28,373 nt of DNA from an uncultured Verrucomicrobiota bacterium (GTDB lineage: Bacteria > Verrucomicrobiota > Kiritimatiellia > CAIKKV01 > CAITUY01). Made by a program: the position numbers and the translations under genes. Under the pieces are notes generated by a model. That model had not been told where the DNA came from and did not search any database. It worked only from the letters and a program-made list of their open reading frames with translations. Positions 7,555 through 16,982 of the stretch are shown here, in pieces (the first letter of the stretch is position 1; the number at the start of each line of letters is the position of its first letter). The stretch is from positions 1 through 28,373 of the forward strand of contig CAYHEL010000001.1 of NCBI GenBank assembly GCA_964355415.1. Direction: 5' to 3'.

Positions 7555-9026
7555 TGAAACTCTCCGATATACTTAAAAAAGTGAGCCACCTCGGGGTTCG
7601 CGGCAACACGGATCGCGTGGTGTCGGGACTCGCCTATGATTCCCGGAAAGTCGCGACCGACAGCCTGTTCGTGGCGATTCCCGGCGCGAAGCATGACGGG
7701 TTTGAGTACATTGAGGATGCCTTGAAACACGGGGCCGGTGTCATCGTATCGCCTCATGGACGGTTCCCGAACCGGGATGTGACGCATGTCCAGGTGGCCG
7801 ATGCCCGGCGCGCCCTGGCCGACATGGCCGATGTCTTTTACGGACACCCCAGCGGCAAACTCAAGGTGGTTGGCATCACCGGAACCAACGGGAAAACCAC
7901 CACGGCCTTCATGGTTCGCGACATCCTCAAGGCCGCCGACCTGACTCCCGGACTGATGGGGACGGTCCAGTATGAAATCGGCTCGCGTATTCTGCCCGCC
8001 ACGCGAACAACGCCGGAGTCATCGGACATTCAGGGCTATTTCGACCAGATGCTCCATGCCGGATGCCGGAGCGCCGTGATGGAGGTTTCCTCCCACGCCC
8101 TGGAGCAGGATCGTGTGAGAAACATTGATTTTGACGTGGCCGTGTTCTCCAATCTCACCCTCGACCACCTGGACTATCATGAGACCATGGAACGGTATTA
8201 CGAGGCCAAGCGGCGGCTCTTCACATCCCTGGGCGGCGGATCCAAGAAGGCGGTTGCCGTCATCAATCATGACGACGCCTGGGGACGCCGCCTGATAACC
8301 GAACCCGGCATTCAGGCCGAGGTGTTGACCTTCGGGTTCGAGGAGGGCGCCGTATTCCGCGCTGTGGATGTGGCGATCGGCCCGACCGGAAGTGAGTGTA
8401 CCATCCGGAGTCCAACGGGGGAGAGCCGGGTTCATATTCCTCTGCTGGGTCGGTTCAATCTTCAGAATGGGCTGGCGGCTTATGTCGCGACCCGTGCCCT
8501 GGGTGTGGACAACGACACCGTGATCCGAGCCCTGGCCCTTCGCGTGGCGGTTCCCGGCCGGCTCGAGGAGATTGCCACGCGGCGGGGGTGGCGTGTTTTC
8601 GTGGACTATGCGCACACGGATGACGCCCTTGCCAATGTTCTCGAAACGCTCCGCCGGTTTACTCCGGGCCGCCTGATTGTGGTCTTCGGCTGCGGGGGAA
8701 ACCGAGACCCGAGCAAACGTCCCCTCATGGGCGCGGTGGCCTCGCGTTTGGCGGACATCACGATTCTGACCTCCGACAATCCCCGTGATGAGGCGCCGTC
8801 GGCCATCATCGACCAGATCCGCGCCGGGTTCGATGACCGGACACACAGCGAGGTGGTCGAGGATCGCGCCAACGCGATCAACATGGCGCTGTCGCTGGCG
8901 CGGGAGGGCGATGTGGTTCTGGTGGCCGGGAAAGGGCACGAGACGACCCAGGAATGCCGGGGCGCCTATTCGTTGTTTGATGACCGGCAGGTTGTTCGAA
9001 CCCTGTTGCAGAGAATGGAAGGGTGA
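7554..9026 (+). CDS. murE: UDP-MurNAc-tripeptide synthetase, meso-DAP type
   Basis: GITGTNGKTT, TTPE, MEVSSHAL, NLTLDHLDYH, VDYAHTDD, FGCGGNRD, DNPR (DAP-recognition motif), AGKGHE. Confidence 0.97.
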   Translation: MKLSDILKKVSHLGVRGNTDRVVSGLAYDSRKVATDSLFVAIPGAKHDGFEYIEDALKHGAGVIVSPHGRFPNRDVTHVQVADARRALADMADVFYGHPSGKLKVVGITGTNGKTTTAFMVRDILKAADLTPGLMGTVQYEIGSRILPATRTTPESSDIQGYFDQMLHAGCRSAVMEVSSHALEQDRVRNIDFDVAVFSNLTLDHLDYHETMERYYEAKRRLFTSLGGGSKKAVAVINHDDAWGRRLITEPGIQAEVLTFGFEEGAVFRAVDVAIGPTGSECTIRSPTGESRVHIPLLGRFNLQNGLAAYVATRALGVDNDTVIRALALRVAVPGRLEEIATRRGWRVFVDYAHTDDALANVLETLRRFTPGRLIVVFGCGGNRDPSKRPLMGAVASRLADITILTSDNPRDEAPSAIIDQIRAGFDDRTHSEVVEDRANAINMALSLAREGDVVLVAGKGHETTQECRGAYSLFDDRQVVRTLLQRMEG

Positions 9027-10432
9027 CCGTGGACGTGTGTTTTGATCCCGAAGAACTGGCGTCATGGTGCAACGGAACCTGGACCCGGATTCCCCGCGCC
9101 CCCTTGTCCGCCGTGGTTCATGACTCTCAGAAAATCATTCCCGGATCCCTGTTTGTGGCCATCCGGGGCGCCCATTTCGACGGGCATGATTTCGTTGGCC
9201 AGGCAGGAAAAGCCGGGGCGGCGGCCGCCCTGGTGCGCCGTGCCCGCGCCGGTGACCTGGCGGGACTGGGCCTGCCGCTGCTGGCGGTTGACGATACCGC
9301 CCTGGCGCTTCGCGACCTGGCGACCGGATATCGACTGAAACTGGGACTCACGGTGGTCGGCGTGACCGGGAGCGTCGGCAAGACCACGGTCAAAGAGATG
9401 ATCGCCTGCCTGCTCGAGTCGTCGATGACCACGGCCCGGACAAAAGGAAATTGGAACAATGAAATCGGCCTGCCCCTCAGCATTCTGGCAATCCCCCCGG
9501 GGACGAAGGTGGGGGTGCTTGAGTTGGGGATCAGCCATCCCGGCGAGATGACTCCCCTGTGCGCCATAGCCCGGCCCGATTGGGGTGTCATCACCACTGT
9601 GGGGCCGGTGCACCTGGAGTTCTTCGACTCGGTGAGCGCCATCGCCGACGAAAAAGGAACGTTGCTGAGTTGTCTTCCTGCCGGTGGAACGGCCGTGTTA
9701 AGTCTGGATGAACCCCACTTCGAACACCTGAGCAGAGTGTCGCCGGGAAGGGTGATCACGGTGTCGCTGCATCCCGAAAAAAAAGCGGATTATGTCCTGA
9801 TCCGGGAGGATCGCTGTTCCGGTGAGTGTGAAGTGGCCGACCGGGTGGATGGCGGGATTCATGCCTTTCGTCTTCCGGCGCCGGGCGAGCATAACCGGCA
9901 TAATGCCCTGTTGGCGTTGGCCGTTGCGCGCGGCCTGGGAGTGACATGGGATGCCCTTGCGGACGCGTTCACCCGGTATGTGGCGCCAGCCATGCGATGG
10001 GAGCGGCAGGAGGCGGGCGGACTCACGTTTATCAACGACGCGTACAATGCCAATCCGGTCAGCATGACGGCCGCCCTCAAGACGTTTGACGAGATGGATG
10101 TGGCGGGGCGAAAATGGCTGGTGCTGGGAGACATGCTTGAACTTGGGGCGGGCGGCGTTGACGCGCATCGGGCCATCGGGCGGATCGTGGCGGGCGGAGT
10201 GTGGGCCGGTCTGGTCACGGTGGGAGAATTGGGATCGTGGATTTCCGAGGGAGCGCGGGCGGCCGGGATGCCGGCGGCCCGCGTGAACGTTTGCGAAAGC
10301 GTGGCCCAGGCCGTCACGGTGTTAAAGGAAAAGGTTGTCAAAGGGGATGCTCTGTTGATAAAGGCATCACGCGGAATACGGCTTGAGACGGTCATTTCCG
10401 CCATGAGGGACGGGATGGGGAAGGATTGCTGA
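9023..10432 (+). CDS. murF: UDP-MurNAc-tripeptide:D-Ala-D-Ala ligase
   Basis: GVTGSVGKTTVKE, GNWNNEIGLPL, ELGISHPGEM, INDAYNANP.SM, LGDMLELG, KASRG. Confidence 0.97.
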   Translation: MTVDVCFDPEELASWCNGTWTRIPRAPLSAVVHDSQKIIPGSLFVAIRGAHFDGHDFVGQAGKAGAAAALVRRARAGDLAGLGLPLLAVDDTALALRDLATGYRLKLGLTVVGVTGSVGKTTVKEMIACLLESSMTTARTKGNWNNEIGLPLSILAIPPGTKVGVLELGISHPGEMTPLCAIARPDWGVITTVGPVHLEFFDSVSAIADEKGTLLSCLPAGGTAVLSLDEPHFEHLSRVSPGRVITVSLHPEKKADYVLIREDRCSGECEVADRVDGGIHAFRLPAPGEHNRHNALLALAVARGLGVTWDALADAFTRYVAPAMRWERQEAGGLTFINDAYNANPVSMTAALKTFDEMDVAGRKWLVLGDMLELGAGGVDAHRAIGRIVAGGVWAGLVTVGELGSWISEGARAAGMPAARVNVCESVAQAVTVLKEKVVKGDALLIKASRGIRLETVISAMRDGMGKDC

Positions 10433-10433
10433 G

Positions 10434-11534
10434 ATGTTTTACTATCTGTATTTCCTGAGTCACTGGATATCCGAATTACGGGTGTTCAAATACATCACGG
10501 TCAGAACCCTGGCCGGGGCGGCGACGTCGTTTATCCTGTGCGTGATACTGGGGCCGTGGGTGATCCGGATGCTGCGCAAGTTCAAGATCCAGCAGTATGT
10601 GCGAAAAGAGGAGGCGCCGCCGCTTCATGTCTTGCATGGCGCGAAGGAAGGCACGCCGACGATGGGCGGGATCCTGATCATCGGATCGGTAACCATGTCC
10701 ACCCTGTTGTGGGCCAATCCCGCGAATGTCTTTATTCTTCTGACTCTCCTGACCTTTGTCTTCATGGGGATGGTGGGCTTCATTGATGACTTCGCCAAAC
10801 TGAAGGGAAAGAGTTCGAAGGGGTTGAGCGCGAGGGCCAAGTTCAGGTTGCAGCTCCTGTGGGGCGTGCTCATGGGGGTCGCCTTGCTGGTGATTCCCGC
10901 GACGCGGGAACATGCCCGGCAACTCATGGCGCCGTTCTGCAAGGGCCCTGTGATCGAGGATATGGGGGTGTTCTTTTCCATCCTGTTTGTGACGATCATC
11001 ATTGTGGGCGCCAGCAACGCCGTCAATCTGACGGATGGTCTGGACGGGTTGGCGATCGGGTGCAGCAGTTCGGTGGCCATTGCCTATCTGGTGATGGCGT
11101 ATGTCGCCGGGCACAAGGCGTTTGCCGAATACCTGTTCCTGCCTCATGTTGTCGGCAGCGGTGAACTGGCCGTGTTCTGCGGGTGTCTGCTGGGCGGAGG
11201 CCTGGGCTTTTTGTGGTACAACTGTCATCCCGCCCAGTTGTTCATGGGCGATACCGGCAGTCTGGCGCTCGGTGGCGCCCTGGCGATGGTGGCCATTTTG
11301 ATCAAGCAGGAACTGACGCTGGTGATTGTGGGCGGGGTGTTTGTGATGGAGGCGGTGAGCGTGATCCTCCAGGTGGCGTCGTTCAGGCTGAGGGGCAAGC
11401 GTATTTTTGCATGCGCCCCGATTCATCATCATTTTGAAATCCGGAAATGGAGCGAAACCCAGGTCACGATCCGATTTTGGATCCTCTCCATCCTGTGCGC
11501 GTTGATCGGCCTGGCCACGCTCAAGATCCGGTAG
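10434..11534 (+). CDS. mraY: Phospho-MurNAc-pentapeptide transferase
   Basis: KEGTPTMGG, GFIDD, SNAVNLTDGLDGL, FMGDTGS, PIHHHFE; multiple TM helices. Confidence 0.98.
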   Translation: MFYYLYFLSHWISELRVFKYITVRTLAGAATSFILCVILGPWVIRMLRKFKIQQYVRKEEAPPLHVLHGAKEGTPTMGGILIIGSVTMSTLLWANPANVFILLTLLTFVFMGMVGFIDDFAKLKGKSSKGLSARAKFRLQLLWGVLMGVALLVIPATREHARQLMAPFCKGPVIEDMGVFFSILFVTIIIVGASNAVNLTDGLDGLAIGCSSSVAIAYLVMAYVAGHKAFAEYLFLPHVVGSGELAVFCGCLLGGGLGFLWYNCHPAQLFMGDTGSLALGGALAMVAILIKQELTLVIVGGVFVMEAVSVILQVASFRLRGKRIFACAPIHHHFEIRKWSETQVTIRFWILSILCALIGLATLKIR

Positions 11535-11550
11535 ACTGACGCGAGACACA

Positions 11551-12909
11551 ATGACAGTCCACGGTTCCAGATTTGATCCCCCGGCCTCAGCCCTTGTTCT
11601 GGGTTTGGGTTCGAGCGGGGAGGCGGCCGCGCGACTCCTGCTCAGGCATGGCGCCCGCGTCACGATTGCCGATGCCGGAACCGGAGAGGGCCTTGAGGGG
11701 AAGGCGGGGGGCTTGCGGGCCGCCGGGTGCGCGGTTCAACTGGCCTCGCGCGATCTGCCGGAAGGAGCCTTTGACCTGGCCGTGGTGAGTCCCGGAATTG
11801 CCGACACCGATCCTTGGGTTGTGCTCCTGCGCGCGCGGGGCGTGCCGGTGATCTCCGAACTTGAACTCGGATGGCGCGCCTGCCGGAGTCGCGTTCTTGC
11901 CGTCACGGGTTCCAACGGAAAAAGCACACTGGTGAAGGTGTGCCGCGAAGCGCTCGAGGCGGGCGGATGCACGGCCGTGGCGGGCGGCAATTATGGAATC
12001 CCCCTGTCCGCGCTGGCCTGTCTTGAACCGGCGCCGGCGTGGGCGGTGGTGGAGGTGAGTTCCTTTCAACTCGAAACCGTGGAGCGGTTCGCGCCCGATG
12101 TTGGAATACTATTGAATCTGAATCCCAACCATCTTGACCGGCACGGGACGATGGGCCTCTACACGGCGATGAAGGCCCGGTTGTTTGCGCGGATGAAGGA
12201 GGGACATACGGCGGTCATTCCGGAGACGGCGCCGGAGGCGGTTCGTGCGGCGTTGCCCGCCGGGTGCCGGGTGTCCACCTTCGGACTGACTCGTGGAGCG
12301 CGCTATCGTTATGAAAAAGGCGTCATTGTGGGGCCGGATCTTGAGGCGCCGGTGTCCGTGGAAGGAACGGTCTTTGACAATGAGGTGATGGGGGTGACGG
12401 CGGCGGCGTGTGTGGCGGCTCTGGTGGGCGGCGGGGCTTCGGTTCGGGGCGTGTCCGTTGCCGCGCGGGCCTTTGAACGGCTCCCGCACCGCATGCAGAC
12501 GGTGGCCACGATTCGCGGCGTGACGTTTGTCAATGACTCCAAGGCGACCAATCTCGCGGCGCTGTCGGCGGGGGTGCGAATGGCCCGCGGGCCGGTTCGT
12601 TTAATCGCGGGCGGATTGCTCAAGGAATCCGACTTGGAGTCTGTGAAAAAAAGTCTAGTCAATCATGTGCAAGGGGTTTACATTATCGGCAAATATTCAC
12701 AGGTCATGGTCAACGCATGGCGGGATACGGTTCCGTGCTTTGAATGTCTTGATTTGAGGGACGCTGTGGATCGGGCCTGGAAAGACTCACGGTCGGGCGA
12801 CGTTGTTCTGTTGTCGCCCGGGTGCGCAAGTTTTGACCAGTTCAAGAGTTTTGAGGATAGAGGCGAGCAGTTTTCGGGTATGGTAAGAGAGATTCAACAA
12901 GGAGAGTAG
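11551..12909 (+). CDS. murD: UDP-MurNAc-L-Ala:D-Glu ligase
   Basis: VLGLGSSG, VSPGI, VTGSNGKST, GGNYG, EVSSFQLE, NHLDRH, HRMQ, NDSKATN, LLSPGCASFDQF...EDRG. Confidence 0.97.
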   Translation: MTVHGSRFDPPASALVLGLGSSGEAAARLLLRHGARVTIADAGTGEGLEGKAGGLRAAGCAVQLASRDLPEGAFDLAVVSPGIADTDPWVVLLRARGVPVISELELGWRACRSRVLAVTGSNGKSTLVKVCREALEAGGCTAVAGGNYGIPLSALACLEPAPAWAVVEVSSFQLETVERFAPDVGILLNLNPNHLDRHGTMGLYTAMKARLFARMKEGHTAVIPETAPEAVRAALPAGCRVSTFGLTRGARYRYEKGVIVGPDLEAPVSVEGTVFDNEVMGVTAAACVAALVGGGASVRGVSVAARAFERLPHRMQTVATIRGVTFVNDSKATNLAALSAGVRMARGPVRLIAGGLLKESDLESVKKSLVNHVQGVYIIGKYSQVMVNAWRDTVPCFECLDLRDAVDRAWKDSRSGDVVLLSPGCASFDQFKSFEDRGEQFSGMVREIQQGE

Positions 12910-12912
12910 ATA

Positions 12913-13593
12913 GTGAAAAAGGCGTGGATGATGGGTTCGGTCGTGGTGGTGGCGGGTGGTTTAATGTTGAGCGCGGGATGTGGAACGACACGTCCGATGA
13001 CCCAGGAGCCTGTGGCGCCTGTGGTGATGCCTCCCTCGATACCTCCTCCGGAAGTGGTGGTTCCCAAGGTCGAGGAAGTGAAAGCTCCGGTTGTCGCGGA
13101 GGTTGCCGTGAAGACCTATGTGGTGAAAGCCGGCGACAGCATTTCCCATATTGCCAGCCGTTTCAGAGTTCCGGCGAAGGATATCCTGAAACTGAACAAC
13201 ATCGCCAACGCGAACAAAATCCGCGTGGGTCAGAAGTTGACGCTTCCGGGTTATGTTGACCTGAACGCGCCGGCGCCCGTCAAGAAGACCCATAAGAAGA
13301 CGGTCAAGACGGCGAAGTCCGGCAAGGCCACCGGCAAGGTTGCCGGCAAGACTGAAAAAGATAAAGTGGTTGCCCCTGTCGATGAAGGCGCGGGCGCCGT
13401 GACGCCGGTGACGGCGGTGGTTCCGCCTCCGAAGTCGAACGAGGTGCTCCATGTTGTCGAAGCCAATCAGGACTTGAGTTCGATTGCGATGATGTACGGC
13501 GTGCGCGCCGAGGAAGTCATTCGCCTGAACAGTCTGTCATCCCCGGATGTCAAGGTTGGTCAGACCCTGAAAATTCCGCCGCCTGCCGAGTGA
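12913..13593 (+). CDS. Predicted lipoprotein with two LysM domains and a Lys-rich linker
   Basis: Signal peptide ending LSAG-C23; Pro/Val-rich spacer; LysM1 YVVKAGDSISHIASRF...LNNI...IRVGQKLTLP; LysM2 HVVEANQDLSSIAMMY...LNSL....VKVGQTLKIP; AGGAG SD before GTG. Confidence 0.9.
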   Translation: MKKAWMMGSVVVVAGGLMLSAGCGTTRPMTQEPVAPVVMPPSIPPPEVVVPKVEEVKAPVVAEVAVKTYVVKAGDSISHIASRFRVPAKDILKLNNIANANKIRVGQKLTLPGYVDLNAPAPVKKTHKKTVKTAKSGKATGKVAGKTEKDKVVAPVDEGAGAVTPVTAVVPPPKSNEVLHVVEANQDLSSIAMMYGVRAEEVIRLNSLSSPDVKVGQTLKIPPPAE

Positions 13594-14729
13594 TGCGGAA
13601 AACGCCCACCATCTTAGTGGGCATCGTTCTCTTTCTTCTGGCGCTGGGCATCGTCATGTTGGCCAGCGCCAGTTCTGTTAAGGGGAACGCTGTCTATCGG
13701 GATTCGAATTATTTTCTGATCCGCCAGTTGATCTGGCTGGCGGTGGCGGTGGTGGCGGGGACGGTCACGGCGGCGGTTGATTACCACCGCTGGCAGCGCT
13801 GGTGGATTCCCCTCAGTGTATTTGCCGGGTTGTTTCTGGTTCTGGTTCTGATCCCGTCGATTGCGCCCAAGATCAACGGGAGTCACCGATGGATTCGTCT
13901 CGGGCCGTTCAGCACCCAGCCCTCCGAATTGGCCAAGTTCGCCACGGTGATCATGCTGAGTTCATGGATGGCGACGCGCAAGGGGAAAGCGGGAACGGTC
14001 ATCGAGGGGATTCTCAAGCCCGGCGCCATGCTGTTGATCTTTCTCGGATTGGTGATCAAGGAGCCGGATTTCGGAACCACCGTGCTGTTGGCGGTGGTCG
14101 GGTGCTCGATCCTGTTTGCCGGGGGAAGTCCCGTGCGTTATCTCGGTTCGCTGGCGATCCTCGGGCTCATGGGTTTTTCCCTTGCCGTCATGCATGATCC
14201 GGTGCGGGCGGGCCGCATTCTCGCCTTTGTCGAGCCCGAGAAGTATCCGGCGGCCGCCTACCATCTCCAGCAATCGGAGCAGGCGTTCACGTTGGGTGGA
14301 GTCTGGGGCGTGGGATTGGGGGAAAGCCTCCAGAAGCATTTCTATCTTCCCGAGGCGCACACGGACTTTATCCTTGCCATCATTGGCGAGGAACTCGGCC
14401 TGGCGGCAACGTTGATGGTGGTTTTTCTCTTTGGGGGTTTTCTGATCTGCGGGGCGATGATCGTCCGGCAGGCCCCCGATATCCTCGGACGCCTGATGGC
14501 GCTCGGATTCACGCTCATGATCACCGTCCAGGCGACGATTAACGTGGGGGTTGTGACCGGATGCCTTCCGACCAAGGGGCTGGCCCTGCCGTTCATCAGT
14601 TACGGGGGATCGAGTCTGATCGTATCCATGATGTGCGTGGGGGTTCTGGTCAACATTGCGAACCAGGCGATTGTGCCCGAGGCCAAGGCCGTTCTCCGGG
14701 CGGTTCAGGACAGGGGGCGCTGGTTGTAG
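13593..14729 (+). CDS. ftsW: SEDS-family peptidoglycan polymerase FtsW
   Basis: GIVMLASAS, INGSHRWI, QPSELAK, EPDFG, YLPEAHTDFI.AIIGEELG, LPTKGLALPFISYGGSS; TGATG overlap with the LysM gene. Confidence 0.96.
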   Translation: MRKTPTILVGIVLFLLALGIVMLASASSVKGNAVYRDSNYFLIRQLIWLAVAVVAGTVTAAVDYHRWQRWWIPLSVFAGLFLVLVLIPSIAPKINGSHRWIRLGPFSTQPSELAKFATVIMLSSWMATRKGKAGTVIEGILKPGAMLLIFLGLVIKEPDFGTTVLLAVVGCSILFAGGSPVRYLGSLAILGLMGFSLAVMHDPVRAGRILAFVEPEKYPAAAYHLQQSEQAFTLGGVWGVGLGESLQKHFYLPEAHTDFILAIIGEELGLAATLMVVFLFGGFLICGAMIVRQAPDILGRLMALGFTLMITVQATINVGVVTGCLPTKGLALPFISYGGSSLIVSMMCVGVLVNIANQAIVPEAKAVLRAVQDRGRWL

Positions 14730-15256
14730 GAAACGGAGCGCCACGTTCGGGCGCACGCCATCAGGCGGTTGATCACAGGTGTTTTGGCCTGGGTATAGGC
14801 CTCGCGGTTGTTCGCGTAGTGTCGGGCGAGTTTCCGTTTGGCCTCATTGTAGTGTTTTGCCGCCGGGGGATTGGCCCGGAGATAATCACGGAACAGCAGC
14901 CACCGATCCCATTGTTCATAACCGGGAGTGACCACATGCAGGTGTTGCAGGGTCGGGTTCCCGCGGGTGAAGAAATGCCGCCCCGGCAGACCATACTCTC
15001 CCTTGTAAACATACCCGGCCTTCTCCAATCGCCGGATCCACAGGGGCAACTGCTTGAACGAGGGGATCATCATGGCCATATCAATGATGGGTTTGGCATC
15101 CAGTCCGGGGACAGCGGTGCTGCCGATGTGCTCAAGGGTGTACCGGGCGTGTCCAAGGCGTCGGCGCAACCGGAGTTTCTCGCGGTGGTAGCAACGCGTC
15201 CAGTCGGAACAATGATGATGTAATTCGACCCTTCCGCTTATGAGGCCGATATTCAT
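14705..15256 (-). CDS. GrpB (UPF0157) family nucleotidyltransferase-fold protein
   Basis: LEHIGSTAVPGLDAKPIID, GRHFF, HLHV, LLFRDYLRANP...Y...K, YTQAK. Confidence 0.92.
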   Translation of the reverse strand: MNIGLISGRVELHHHCSDWTRCYHREKLRLRRRLGHARYTLEHIGSTAVPGLDAKPIIDMAMMIPSFKQLPLWIRRLEKAGYVYKGEYGLPGRHFFTRGNPTLQHLHVVTPGYEQWDRWLLFRDYLRANPPAAKHYNEAKRKLARHYANNREAYTQAKTPVINRLMACARTWRSVSYNQRPLS

Positions 15257-15257
15257 G

Positions 15258-16214
15258 TCAGTCTTTATTCAGGAGCGTTTTGAAATAGGCGAGGGTGCGG
15301 GTCAGGCCTTCCTCCAGTTCGATGGCGGGTTGCCAGTTCAGACGGGTTCGGGCCAGGGTGATGTCGGGTTTCCGCTGTTTGGGATCATCGGCGGGAAGGG
15401 GTTTGAATTCCAATTTTGATGTTGAGCCGGCGAGCGCGATCACCTTCCGGGCCAGTTCCAGCATGGTGAATTCGCCGGGATTTCCGATATTGATCGGCCC
15501 GGTGATGTCGTCCGGACTGTTCATGAGACTCGTCAACCCCGTGACGAGATCATCCACATAGCAGAAGGAACGTGTCTGCTGTCCGTCCCCGTAGATGGTG
15601 ATGGGCTCGTTGTTCAGCGCCTGCACGATGAAATTGGAGACGACACGCCCGTCGTGGGGATGCATGCGCGGGCCGTAGGTGTTGAAAATCCGGGCGACCT
15701 TGATGCGCACCTGATTCTGGCGGTGGTAGTCAAAAAACAGGGTTTCGGCGCACCGTTTGCCCTCGTCGTAACAGGATCGGATTCCAATGGGATTGACGTG
15801 GCCCCAGTAGTCTTCCCGCTGGGGATGGATTTCCGGGTCGCCATAGACCTCGCTGGTGGAGGCCTGGAGGATTTTGGCGCGGACGCGTTTGGCGAGGCCG
15901 AGCATGTTGATCGCGCCGTGCACGCTGGTCTTGGTGGTCTGCACGGGATCGTACTGGTAGTGGACGGGCGAGGCGGGGCAGGCCATGTTGTAAATTTCGT
16001 CCACCTCCACATAAAGGGGAAAGGTGACGTCGTGGCGCATCAGTTCAAAGAAGGGATGGCGTAGCAGGTGCGAAATGTTGGCTTTCGAGCCCGTGAAATA
16101 GTTATCGGCGCAGATGACCTCGTGACCCTGGGCCAGAAGCCGCTCGCAGAGGTGGGAGCCCAGGAAGCCGGCGCCGCCGGTGACGAGGATGCGTTTGGAG
16201 GTGAGTGTTTTCAT
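15258..16214 (-). CDS. UDP-glucuronate decarboxylase (UDP-xylose synthase), extended SDR
   Basis: [69 protein letters not shown]. Confidence 0.93.
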   Translation of the reverse strand: MKTLTSKRILVTGGAGFLGSHLCERLLAQGHEVICADNYFTGSKANISHLLRHPFFELMRHDVTFPLYVEVDEIYNMACPASPVHYQYDPVQTTKTSVHGAINMLGLAKRVRAKILQASTSEVYGDPEIHPQREDYWGHVNPIGIRSCYDEGKRCAETLFFDYHRQNQVRIKVARIFNTYGPRMHPHDGRVVSNFIVQALNNEPITIYGDGQQTRSFCYVDDLVTGLTSLMNSPDDITGPINIGNPGEFTMLELARKVIALAGSTSKLEFKPLPADDPKQRKPDITLARTRLNWQPAIELEEGLTRTLAYFKTLLNKD

Positions 16215-16876
16215 GATGTGGCGCTCCGGTCTTCCAGGGTGGCGAGGCCTTCACGGATGGCATATTTCGTGAGGCCGGCAATATTGAATATGCCCAGTTT
16301 TTTCATGATGTGTTCCCGATGGGTTGAGACGGTCTTCTCGGCCACCTGGAGTTTGGCCGCAATGCCGTTCGTATCAAAACCGTCGGCCAATAATTTCAGA
16401 ACTTCCCGTTCGCGGTCTGACAGGCACGAGAGGGAGGTGTCGGCCGTAATCGTCTGTAATTGTCGGCGGGTTCCGGAAGGAATGGTGACCCCGGGACTGA
16501 AATAGGTCTTTCCGCCGGCGACCATCCGGATGGCGGTAAGCAGTTCCCTGGCCTTGGAACTTTTGAGGACATACCCCGAGACTCCGGCGTCCAGCATAAG
16601 CGAGACGAACTGGTGATGGGTATGCATCGAGAGGGCGATGATACGGGTCTTGGGAATCTGGCTCAAGATCCGGCGGGTGGCGCCCGGTCCGTCCAGGTTG
16701 GGCATGGTAATGTCCATGACAATCACATCCGGCTTGACTTCCAGGGCCATCCGGACCGCCTCCATTCCATCCCCGACATCCGCGACAACTTCAAACTCCG
16801 GATCCGCTTCCAGCAGGGATCGGAAACTTTCACGGACAATTTTATGATCGTCCGCCAACATGATCCGAATGGGCAT
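16211..16876 (-). CDS. NarL/LuxR-family response regulator (REC + HTH), 221 aa
   Basis: LADDH, phospho-Asp in [19 protein letters not shown]; [18 protein letters not shown]....IA..L.VAEKTV.THR..IM.KL. Start reassigned to ATG 16876. Confidence 0.95.
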   Translation of the reverse strand: MPIRIMLADDHKIVRESFRSLLEADPEFEVVADVGDGMEAVRMALEVKPDVIVMDITMPNLDGPGATRRILSQIPKTRIIALSMHTHHQFVSLMLDAGVSGYVLKSSKARELLTAIRMVAGGKTYFSPGVTIPSGTRRQLQTITADTSLSCLSDREREVLKLLADGFDTNGIAAKLQVAEKTVSTHREHIMKKLGIFNIAGLTKYAIREGLATLEDRSATS

Positions 16877-16920
16877 GGTCGTGTTTTTCCCTTCTTTGTT
16901 ACACCCCCGGTCAGGACTGC

Positions 16921-16949
16921 ATACTACCGGGAAAAGGGGGACACCTAAA
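16921..16949 (-). promoter_or_regulatory. Possible internal promoter for the response regulator
   Basis: Minus strand TTTAGG-17 nt-TAGTAT in the 106-nt glnS-regulator gap; the -35 match is weak. Confidence 0.3.
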
Positions 16950-16982
16950 GTGTTATTCGCCCGGCGGGTTATTGGATCCGGT

